Of a stretch of 64,000 bases of DNA, positions 26,001 to 38,000 are shown in pieces (position 1 is the first letter of the stretch; every line of letters starts with the position of its first letter). The notes beneath the pieces were generated by a model that did not search any database, was not told the DNA's origin, and was given only the letters and a program-made list of their open reading frames with translations. Source of the stretch: Protoeuglena noctilucae (lineage: Eukaryota); NCBI GenBank assembly GCA_958009085.1, contig OY253670.1, positions 744,001 through 808,000 on the forward strand, given 5' to 3'. A program made the translations under genes and the position numbers.

Positions 26001-29000
26001 CGCAGGTGGGCGGCGACAGAGATGGTGTTCAACCCCTACCGCAACTACCGCGACACGTGGGTCATGGGGAGCATCGACCACGTCATGCAGGCGCTGGAGG
26101 ACTCGCAGATGGTGATGCTGAGCGTCACATCGAGCCGATACGCGGCTGGGATCCGGGAGGAGGTGGAGCGGATGGAGCGCACGCTGCGTCTAGTTGCGTC
26201 GACGATGGACGAGTGGACGGCGTGCCAGCGGCAGTGGATCTACCTCGAGCAGGTCTTCGCGGCCCAGGACATCCAGCGGCAGCTGCCGGAGGACTCGCGC
26301 GCGTTCCAGGAGGTCGACCGCACGTACCGCGAGATCATGCGGCAGGCGCGGATCAAGGCCAACGCCCTCAAGGCCGCCACGACGCCCGGGTGGCGCGAGA
26401 CGCTCGCGGGCGCCAACCGCGTCATGGAGCGGGTGCTCAAGCACGTCGAGGAGTACCTGGAGACCAAGCGCCTGGCCTTCCCGAGGCTGTACTTCCTCTC
26501 CAACGACGAGCTGCTCGAGATCATGGCGCAGCTCAAGAACGTCCAGGCCATCCAGCCGTACCTCCAGAACTGCTTCGACGGCGTCAAGAGCCTCGACTTC
26601 GGGGACGACCCCGCGTCGGTGGACATCGCGGCGCTGGTGTCTCCCGAGGGAGAGCGGCTGCCGTTCGGTCGGCCCCTCCGCGCGCGTGGCGCCGTCGAGC
26701 AGTGGCTGCACGCAGTCGAGCTCGGGATGTACAACCTTGTGCGCAGGCGAGAGCGATGGTTGTGGGTTTCCAGCGATGCACCCTTGCCACTCCCACCAGC
26801 TGCACAGCTGATGAGCGAGCGCTTGAGCGCTGGCATGTGGTTGTGGATGGCCAGCCTCACGCCCCGCACCCGCTCCTCGTCTCGCAGGGCTCTCAGGCAG
26901 GCCGCCGCCACCTACCCTCCCAGCGCGGGGCTCATCTCCCGGGCCCGCGCCTCCTCGGTCGCTCGCGACGTCGACCGCGCGCAGTGGCTCCTGCAGCACC
27001 CCGCACAGGCGAGTCTCCCTAGGCTCAAGCAGGCAGTGAACTTTGCATGAATCGCATACCACAAGCCCACAAGCTCATGAGACCACGGGCCGTCTCGTGC
27101 TGCCCCCGCAGACAGTGATTGTGGCGTCGAACGTTCACTGGGCGGCGGACGTGGAGGCGGCGCTGGAGGCCCCCGACTCGCGCAGGTCCCTGGCGGCGGT
27201 CGGGCAGGAGTGCATCGACAACCTCGCCGAGCTGACGCGCCTCATCCGGTCCGCGGACCTCAACCCCATCCAGGTCAAGTCGGTTGCAGCCCTGGTCACG
27301 ATTGACGTCCACAACCGCGACATCGTGCAGCGCCTGACGGCCGAGGGAGTGGCCTCCAAAGACGACTTCCGATGGCAGGCGAGGCGCTGGGAGGGGCTGG
27401 AGCGCTCCTCACGTGCCTTACTTTGACATGCCAAGCGAGTGATGTGATGACGTGCACAACACAAAAGCGTTTGCCAAAGGGAGTAAGCACCCATGTCGCT
27501 GACCTGTAATATACTTTTATCCTGCAGGTGTGCTTCCGTTACTATTTGACCGAGGAGTCGGTGGAGGCACGACAGGTCAACTTCCGATGGGAGTACGGGA
27601 ACGAGTACTTGGGGGCGCAGCCGCGGCTGGTCATCACGCCCATCACCGAGCGGTGCCACCTGACGCTGACGGGCGCTTTAACAATGAAGTTGGGGGGCAA
27701 CGCGCTGGGCCCGGCGGGCACGGGCAAGACGGAGACGACCAAGGACCTGGGCAAGGCGCTGGGCATGATGTGCGTGGTGTTCAACTGCAGTGAGACGGTC
27801 GAGGTGCCCCTCATGCGCCGCTTCCTCAGCGGACTGGCGCAGTGCGGCGTCTGGTCGTGCTTTGACGAGTTCAACCGTATCGACATCGAGGTCCTCTCCG
27901 TCGTCGCGCAGCAGGTGAGCCAATGATGCCGATCCACGTCGAGTGCATGTTCTTGTGACTGTCACGCGTGCAGGGGACTGTGGGGGCATGGGTACAGCTC
28001 CGCGCTCGCTCTCGCCACCTGTGCCGGCTAGCCACGCCGGTCGCCCACCCTGCCCCCTCGTGCCCGCCTGCAGGTGCTGACGATCCAGTCGGCTCTCAAG
28101 GCCCAGCTCCCGCAGTTCGTCTTCGAGGGGTCGACCATCCCACTCGTGCCCACGTGCGGCGTCTTTGTGACGATGAACCCGGGGTATGCGGGGCGCACGG
28201 AACTGCCGGACAATCTGAAGGCCCTGCTGCGGCCGATTTCCATGATGATCCCCGACTACGCGCTGGTCGCCGAGGTCATGCTCTTCAGCCAGGGCTTCGA
28301 TGACGCCCAGCAGCTGTCGCGCAAGATGGTACGGCTCTACCTGCTGTCCGGCGAGCAGCTCACGCGCCAGGATCACTACGACTTCGGCATGCGAGCGCTC
28401 AAGTCCGTGCTGGTCATGGCCGGGACCCTCAAGCGCTCCTCCCCGGACGTGGGAGAGGACACGTTGCTCATCCAGGCCATCCTCGATGCGAACCTCCCCA
28501 AGCTCCTCCCGGCCGACGCCGCCCTCTTCGTCAACCTCCTCCACGACCTCTTCCCGGGCGTCCCAGTTGAGGAGCGCCACAGCGGGCAGGTCCTGGGCGC
28601 CTGCGCCGACACCGCCCGGGCCATGCGCATGCAAGGGTCGGCCAGGTTCATGCGCAAGTGCTCCCAACTGTTCGAGTCGGTGTCCGTCCGACTGGGCGTC
28701 ATGCTCGTGGGCCCCGCGGGGTCCGGGAAGTCTTCCGTCATTGGGACGCTCGCCGCCGCCCTCACCGCCCTGAACGACCGCGCCTTGGGTGACTCGGCGG
28801 CGTCTCTCACGGGCCCAGAAGCCACCGGATCGCTGCTATCCGCGGGCGACAAGTCGGGCGAGGTATCGGGGTCGTCACACAAGGGGCCGGCGCGTGACCT
28901 GCCCCAGTGCTTTAAGCGGATCCAGCAGCACACCGTCAACCCCAAGTCCGTCAGCGTGGGGGAGCTCTTTGGCGAATACAACCACGTGTCCAACGAGTGG

Positions 29001-32000
29001 ACGGACGGACAGGTGAGCAGAGCGCCATGTTTATAATGGATGCGGTGGGCTTGGGCGCCGAGCTGCTGTGCGTTAGTATGTGACGCGGGGGGCTGTGTGC
29101 TTGCCATGCGCGACGACTGGCTGTCTCACTGGTATTCTCTCCTCTTGAACCCCAGGCGAGCAAGGTGGTGCGAGAGAGCACCAAGAACGGCCCGCGGGAC
29201 ATGACGTGGGTGTGTTTTGACGGCCCCGTGGACGCGCTGTGGGTCGAGAATATGAACACGGTCTTGGACGACAACATGATGCTGTGCCTCCCAAACGGCG
29301 AGCGCATCAAGCTCTCCACCGACAAGATCCGGATGCTCTTCGAGGTCCAGGACCTGGCTCACGCGTCCCCGGCCACCGTGTCTCGCTGCGGCATGGTCTA
29401 TGTGCCACGCAACACGCTCGACTGGCGTCAGGTCGTGGGATCGTGGCGGGACTCGTGGCTCCCGCGCTTCCTCTTCGTGCACTCCGCGATGGTCTCCGAG
29501 TAGTTTGCCGACATGCAGCGGCGCATCGAGGCGGAGGCAGAGGCTGCGAGAGACGAGAAGCGGCGGCTGGGGCGGCTGGGCCACGACGGCGCTGGTGAGC
29601 GCCGCAGGGGTGGCAGGGCGGGCGCGGGGCGGTGCGCAGCATCGCTGCAGCGCAATGTGTCATCTGCTGTGCTCGCAGGCCCGGGCGAGGAACCTGCCGC
29701 GGACACCAGCAAGCAGGCTGAGTCTCAGCGTGTGATGGAGCCCCGCGCCCCATCCATCATGCGCGTGGCACAGCTGGCGGAGGAGCCGCTGAAAATCCTT
29801 AGCTGCGTGGTGGAGATGCAGAAAGCGGCGCGGGAGGCCCGAGAGGCCGAGCTTCTGGCGCGACAGACGTCAGACGTGCTCGCCGGCGAGCCCAGCCTGC
29901 CGTCCGGGGCGTCCCTGGGCCACGCGGCGGCTCCCGAGGCCGAGTCGAGCGGGCCGCTCAACATTCCGAGGGCGCCTGACTCCATGACAATTTCGCAGCG
30001 GGCGTCGGCGCTCTTTTCCGACAGCCGCCTCGTGGGGGCGTTCGAGCATCGCAAGGCCCAGGCAGCCGTGGACTATTGGCTAGAGGAGGCCGACGTGGAC
30101 CTGGCAAGTCTCTTCTTGCCCGTGGCTGTTGAGCTTTGCAAGGTGCTGGAAGAGCTCTTGGGACCGCGGCTGGAGGCGGGCATCCACTGGGTCACGTCCG
30201 TGCCTGGCCGGCTGGAGACGCCCGTGCCGGCCGCGCACCTCACTCGCGCCACGCTCACGTTCTTCGAGGCCCTGCTGGAGCGCCACGTGGGGGACGTGGG
30301 GCTATTGGGGGACCTGGAGGGCATGGACGAGCAAGCGGTGCGGATGATGTTCGTGGTGGCGTTCACGTGGGGCGTGGGCGGCGCCGTGGCAGAGGCGCAC
30401 CGGGAAGCCTTCAGCGACTTCGTCGGAGAGATCCTTCAGGACTGTTCGGTCCCACCGCGCGGGAGCGTGTTTGACCTGCGCTTCACCATGGACCCCGCGT
30501 TTGGGCCGGCGCTGCAGGTGGCGACGAGCAACGCCGCGACGCACCGCATCCCCGGCGACCTCATCGAGCGCCGCGTCGCGCTGGGGACCCTCCTGGTCCC
30601 CACGGCCGACACCCAGCGCGTCGAGGAGGCCGCCCTTCTGGCGATGGACGCCTCGGCACCGCTCCTCGTCTTGGGCCCCAGCGGGGCCGGCAAGTCGCTG
30701 GTGCTCTCCAAGCTCGTCTACGAAGTCACGGAGGGGGCCATGAACCGGGCGCTCAAGGCCCGGGGGGCTGCAGAGAGCGACGTCACCGGAGCGCCCACCG
30801 GGCTGGCGGCCGGGGCAGGCCCGGGCCACGGGAGCTTCCGGGGACCTCGGCCGGGCGGGGCGAGTCCCGCGGAGGGTCCGCGCGCCTACCGCTGGACGCG
30901 GCTGGGGGCATCGCTGACGCTGTCGAGCAAGACGACAAGCGCGGCGATGCAGCAACTGGTGGAGGGGTCGGTGAAGCGCAAACGGAACGGGCGGTGGGGC
31001 GCGCCGGAGTCCACCCGCATCGTAGTGTTCCTGGACGACCTGCACATGCCAGAGCAGGAGGCGTTTGGGGCGCAGCCGCCCCTGGAGCTGCTTCGGCTGC
31101 TGCTGGACAAGGGCGCGTTGATTGATCGCGAGCATCTCGAGTGGAAGTTCGTGGAGGACGTTACGGTGCTGGCGGCGGCGGAGTCCGTGGCGCCTGGGGG
31201 CGGCGGGGGCGTGCCGCCGCGCCTGCTGAGGCACTTCGCGCCTCTGCTGATGCCTTTGTCGGACGCCAAGGTCCTCGAGAGCATCTTCGTGGCCATCTTC
31301 GGGAGCTACCTGCAGCACTTCCTGGGCCTGCCCTTCAAGGAACAGAACGCGGGCCCGGTGGTGCGGTCGACCGTGGAGCTGTGGGAGGAGATCCGCGCGC
31401 AGCTGCTGCCCACGCCGAGCAAGAGCCACTACGTCTTCACGACGCGGGACCTCGCACGGGTCTTCCAGGGCATGACCATGGCCCACCCGAACGCCCTCAC
31501 GGGCCGCAACGCCCTGGCGCGTCTGTGGATCCATGAGGTGTCCCGGTCCCTGGGCGACCGCCTCGTCGACGCCGCCGACGTCGCCCTGTTCCGCGCGTCC
31601 GTCCACGCCAAGGCCCGGCAGCGCTTCGGCCTGCAGGCCACGGTGCAGGAGCTGTTCGAGGGCGAGCCGCTCGTGTTCGGGGACTTCTTGCGTTTCGGCA
31701 CGCCAGAGCCCGAGCGCCAGTACGTGGAGGGCGAGGGCGGCCTGGCCTCCCTGACACGGCTGCTCCGGGACTACATCGACGACTACAACAGCTCCACGAG
31801 CGCCCCGCTGCGGCTGGTGTTCTTCCGTGAGACCGTGGAGCACGTCACGCGCATCGCGAGGTGCCTGGCCTGCCCCAACGGCCACATGCTTCTGCTGGGG
31901 CTGGGCGGGTCCGGCAAGCAGACTCTTGCGCGCTTCGCCGCCGCCGTCGCGGGCTTCACTTTGTTCCGCAACGACGTCACGCGCGGCTTCAGCCTGTCAG

Positions 32001-35000
32001 AGTTTCGCGAGGACCTCAAGCGGCAGCTGGTGCGCGCGGGCGTCGAGGGCGCGCGCGTCTGCTTCCTGCTCCCCGACTCGCCCGTCCTGGCGGCCGAGGG
32101 GATCCTCGAGGTGGTGCACCTGATGCTGCAGGCGGGCGAGGTGCCCCGGCTTTTCACCAACGAAGAGAGGGAGAAGATCATACAGGACGTGCGGCCCTGG
32201 GCGCTGCTGGAGGGCTACCCCGACACCCGCCCGAAGATGTGGCAGGCGTTCGCCCGCCGCAGCGCCCGCAACTTGCGTTTCGTGCTCACGCGGTCGCCGC
32301 TGGGCGACCGGCTGCGGCAGCAGATCCGCAAGTTCCCGTCCCTCGTGCACTGCACCACGACCGACTGGTTCAACAGCTGGCCCATCCACGCGCTGGAGAG
32401 CGTGTCCAAGCTCTACCTGGGAGGCATCGACCTCGAGCACCCCACCCTCGACACCCTCCACATCCCCACGGTGACTAGCTGGGGCGCCCCTCTCGATGTT
32501 ACATGTATTAGATCACGTTCTGTGTGCAATCCTCGACTCGAGTGGATGCCATGGACTGAGCGAAGGGTCCTGCTTTCCAACCGCATTCCCACCCCAAACG
32601 TGCTACGCAGATCGATATTTACGGCCACGACTCGGCGCCTTCCTTGCCGGCCCGCGGCACGAAGGCTTTGGACGGCCGTCTGTCGCCCACTCCGCTGGCC
32701 GCTGGCCCTGCTGGCCCAGTGCTGCTGGAGGAGGTGAGGGCCTGCACTGTCATGCAAGATGTGACTGTCGATGTCCTCACAATGAAGGACACAGCTCAGT
32801 GCTCTGTTCTATGCTCTTCGCTTCTTATAAATGCATTTTCGCAGTTGTCACCGCCTTCCTCTCCGTTAAGACAGAAAGCTGACCAGCGCTGCCGCATCAT
32901 GCAGGGTGCACCGCCGCTCAGGGCGGAGTCTCCTCTGGGCCAGAGGATGCCGCGCCCCGCGAAGCAGGCCCCGCCGCACGAGGGCCTGAGTCAGGGGCTG
33001 GGTGCAGCCCTGGAGCTCGACATGGAGGAGCTGTTGGCGGGCGGTGATGTCGCGCAGCGCAAGCAGCGCGGGGGCCCGCTGTCGCGGAAGCTGGCGGCCA
33101 TCTGCGTGTACATCCACACGACGGTGGTGGCCATGGCGGAGCGTGTTTCTAACGAGCAGCAGCGCCGCGTGTACGTGACGCCGAAGCTCTTCCTCGACTT
33201 GATCCACACCTACATCCACGTGCTGCACGGCAAGCACACCACCGTGCTCAGCCAGCGGCAGAGATTGGAGAACGGCCTGCAGTTGCTGGCGAGTGCATGC
33301 GGGGGGTGGGGCAAGTGGGGGCACGTGCGTGGCTGATGGGTTGCGGCAGGGTAGAGTGGCTGGTCCCAGCGTGCGAATGGGCAGTTAGCATGGGTAGTGT
33401 CTCATACACTGCTCTATCGTCTTTTCTGGTGGCAGAAGGAGACGGAGCAGACAGTCGAGGTCATGCACCGGGAGCTGACGGTCCTTCAGCCACAGCTGCA
33501 GGTGAAGTTCTCCGAGACACAGGAGCTGGTGGGGGTCGTGTCCCAGGAGCAGCAGGAGGCGGAAGTCATGAAGAGGGTCATTATGCTCGAGGAGGCGCGC
33601 GTCAGGGAAATTCGCGAGGAGTCCCGGGCACTGGTGAGGCAGATGCAGAGACGTGGCATGCGAGCTTACGTGGCGGGACGGGCTGAGGGTGGTGTTCGTT
33701 CCTGAGGATGCAAAGCCCTCACCAAGATGCCAAAGGTCATTTCTGTAAACAATACGCTTTTCAGCAGTGCTTTTGACGTCCATGGTTCTTTGCATAACCT
33801 AAAGGCTCTCTTCTCCCCCTCACGCCCTCAGAGGGACGAGGCGCAGCGGGAGCTGGAGGAGGCGCTGCCCGCGCTGGATCGCGCGAACGAGGCCCTCCTT
33901 TCGCTGAACAAGCAGGACATCATCGAGATCAAGTCGTTCGTCACGCCGCCGGCGCTGGTGCAAGTGACGATGGAGGCCGTGTGCACGCTGCTGGGCGAGC
34001 CGTCCACGTGGGCGTCCGCCAAGCAGGTCATGTCGGACGGCCCCGCCTTCATCCGCCGGCTAGTCGAGTTCGACAAGGAGAACATCAGCGACGCCACGCT
34101 AAAGAAGCTCCGCAAGTACACCGGCACGCCGTCCTTCACGCCCGCGCAAGTGGCCACCCACTCCCAGGCCGCCATGAGCATGTGCCTGTGGGTGCGCGCG
34201 CTCGAGACGTACGCCGAGGTGCTCAAGGTGGTCGAGCCCAAGCGGCAGAGGGTCGAGGAGGCAGAGAAGCGGCTGCAGCAAGTGGAGCAGGAGCTGGAGG
34301 ACAAGCAGGGGACGCTCAGGTGACGAGGGCGGGATTGAGCTAAATGGGCAGGGGGCGTACGTGCGGCTGGGCAGATGTTGAGGCGGGGGGGCAGGTGTGA
34401 CAGGTGCGGAGGCGCACAGTGCGCGGCTCCGGTGGGATTCGACAGTCACAGCTGCAATGGGTGGCTAGAGATATGCGGCTGCATGTGCAGAGAGTGGCGC
34501 ACATGGAGGTTCATTGTGCTGCGGCGGGGCTGACGCGGCCGTGGGTACCTCGCACTGCAGGAAGGCCAACGAGGCGGTGGACAAGCTGAGGACGAAGCTG
34601 AAGGAGACGCAGGATGAGATGACGCGTCTGCAGAACTAGGCGAGTGGAGCAACGCTGTTTGGAGCCAACAGCGGTACCGCCTTACCACATTGCCTGCATT
34701 GCTTGCTGTGGACCCGGCGTCGCATGCCACAGGTGTATACTAGTGGAGTAACACTTACTTAAAACACAAGTCACCCCAATCGTTTCTCTCCCGCGACTCG
34801 CAGGTCAACATCACGAACGTGCGCCTCAAGCGGGCGGGCGTCCTGACGTCGTCCCTGGGCACTGAGGGCGGGCGGTGGGCCAAGGAGGTGGACAGGCTGG
34901 CTGACAGCCTCACGCGGCTCGTGGGCGACTGCCTGCTGTGCGCGGCGTGCGTCAACTACCTGGGGCCCTTCTCTGGGTCCTATCGTGACGAGCTGCTCGA

Positions 35001-38000
35001 GCAGTGGAGGTCGCGCGTCGAGCAGAGCGGCGTGGCGGTGTCGGCGGACTGGGCGATTGAGCGCGTGCTCTCGAGCCCCGTGGAGCAGCGGCAGTGGGCC
35101 ATTAACGCCCTCCCCGCCGGCCACGACGCCACGACCGACGCGGTCATCGTCAAGCACGCCCTCCGGTGGCCGTTGCTGATCGACCCGCAGGGCCAGGCCG
35201 CGCGGTGGATCCGCGCCTCGGAGGCCCCGTACGGCCTCCGCGCGATCAAGGTATCGGATCCTCTCATGATCAAAGTCGTGGAGGCCGCCGCGGCATCGGG
35301 CGGTCCCGTGTTGATCGAGAGCGTCAACACCTCCGAGGCGGCGCTGGAGCCCAGCCTCGAGGCCCTCCTCACGCTCTCCGTCCACCGCTCCGCCTCGCGG
35401 CTAACGGTGCGCCTCGGGGAGAGCGACGTGGAGATCAGCCCGGCCTTCCGCCTGTACATGTGCGCCACGGTGCCCAACCCCCACTTCCTGCCCGAGGTCT
35501 GCATCCGCGCCACCATCATCAACTTCACCGTCACTTCCCAGGGCCTCCGGGAACAGCTGCTAGCCACCGTCGTCCGGTGAGCTGCGGGGCTGGGATCGTT
35601 GTAACTGCGCACAACAGCGTCATCACCAGCCACGTGCATCCCGCCGCTTGCTTTCATACGCCGCTCCATCTTGTACCATACCCGTTAAGCAGACCCGTCA
35701 TCGCGCATCGTCGCCGTCGTCACCCCACGCCGCCACGCGACCCCCGCCCCGCCTCTCCGCAGGTGCGAGCGGCCGGAGCTCGAGGATCGCAAGGACCGGC
35801 TGACCGTGAGCATCTCCAACGACTCTCGGCAGCTGCGGGACCTGGAGGAGCGCATCCTGTCGCTTCTCCAGGCCTCGCGTGGCAACGTGCTGGACGACGA
35901 GGCGCTGATCGATACCCTCGAGACGAGCAAGGTCACCGCACTGGCCCTGGCCGGCCGCGTCGCCGAGGCACAGGACACAGAGCGCCGCATCGATGCCTCT
36001 CGCGACCAGTACCGCCCTGTGGCGGTGCGTGGGGCCCTCCTCTTCTTCGTGGTGGCAGACTTGGCCAAGATCGATCCCATGTACCAGCACTCCCTCGCGT
36101 ACTTCTCCCAGCTCTACCTGCACTGCATCCAGGCAAGGGCGGGGCAGGCGTGTGCTACGTGCAACTTTGTGCATGGCGTGGGGTTGTTGCCGTACATGCG
36201 TCGAATGGTGAGCGCCGGTGACTTGCCTAACACCGCAGACGGCGGAGGAGTTCGAGGGTTTGGAGATGAGGCTCGAGGCGCTCATGACGCACCTGACGTC
36301 TTTCTCGTTCCACACCATCTCGCGGGGACTCTTCGACCGCCACAAGCTCCTCTTCTCCCTCATGATAGCCACGGCGATACAGGTGAGCCGGCGCAGCGCT
36401 GGCCGCGCGGGGCGGCAACCGCGCCCCTGGCAAGTCGACTCACAGCCTCGATGCACGGTGGGGATGTGCGTCACGCGCTTCAAGCCTCTGCGTGATTGCG
36501 TCTCGCAGCGCGAGCGCGGCGTAATCAGCGCTCCGACCTGGACGCTCTTCAGCCACGGCCTGGTCCGTGCCGCGGTGGCGAGCGCGGACGGCAAGCCCCG
36601 GGGCAAGCAGCGTGCCGGGGCCGATGCGCCGCCCGTCAAGGCCGACGCGGTCCCCCGGCCAGAAGGGCACTGGACGACCGACGCGCAGTGGGCTGCGGTC
36701 GCGCACCTGGAGCACTCGGTCCCGGCCCTGCAAGGCCTCTGCCAGTCCCTGGACACCGACCTTGCCGCCTGGTACGAGTGGGTCCGGTCCCAGGCGCCGC
36801 TGCTGGACTCCCGGGTTCCGTCCTCGGCGCCTGCCGTGGTCCGCTTCAGCAGCTACTTCGCGCGCAAGGCCCTGGAGGAGGAGTCGCGGCCCGCAGCGCC
36901 GCCTGCGCGGGTCCCACGCTCCCGCGCCGCCTCTCAGGTGGCGTCGCGGGTGGCATCGCGCGTCGCGTCGCAGCGCCAAGCGGCCGCCGCCCGCGCGGAC
37001 CCGGACGACCTGGCGGCCATCGACGCCGAGGTGCAGCGGGGCGCCCTGGAGGCCCGGATCAAGGAGGTGTTGGCAGAGACGGACGGGTCGTTCTTGCGCC
37101 TGGTCCTGCTGCGCGTGCTGCGCGAGGACGCGCTCCCGCAGGCATTCGAGGACTACGTAGCGCACACGCTAGGCCCCTCCTTCACGAACCTCGAGCCCCC
37201 GGTGCTCGCGGAGGTGTTTGAGGACTCGTCGCCCACCGTGCCCATTGCACTCATCCTTAGCACCGGCGCCGACCCCACTGCCATGTTCCTGCGCTTCGCC
37301 CAGGTGCGCATGCCGCCCCTGGCTGTTCGCCTGAGTGCTGGGGGCCTTACTCAGAACACGTGCCGTGTCCCTTGCATGCGCATGCACGAAGTTGGGTGAA
37401 CGTGATGTCCCTCTCCTGCCACGCAGTCCCAGGGCCGCACGCCCGGCGCCGGGGTCCGCCTGGTGTCGCTGGGCCAGGGGCAGGGCGCCGTGGCTGAGAA
37501 GGAGATTGTCTCGGCAATGCAGGCGAGCCGCAGCGACGGTGGCACAGGCGCACGGGCTGTGCACTGCCCCGGCACGAGGCGGGCCCAATGGCATGGACGC
37601 AGTTGTTTATCCTGGCTCGTTCGGTGGTATTCGTGACGTCTCCTCCCTTTATGGCCCTTGCAGTCGGGTGACTGGGTGGTGTTGATGAACTGCCACCTGG
37701 CCCGGTCGTGGATGGCCAGGCTGGAGCGATTGGTCGAGGAGCTGGGCAGGGCCACGGTCGTCAACGCCAAGAGACACTCGTCGCTGCTCGGGCGAGGCGC
37801 TGCATGGATGGCGAAGCGCTGCGGCACCGTGCCGGGCCATATGCGCACCGCCCTCATGCGAACTGCCCATGCACTTGTATAAAGCAAACCAAGCTCTCTC
37901 GTCATCTTTGCAGGGAGAGCCTGATGTCGGGCGCAGAGCTGGAGCCCGGGTCCCCACGCAACCCCGACACGGTGCGGGACAGGCCGAGCGTGGGCCTGAG

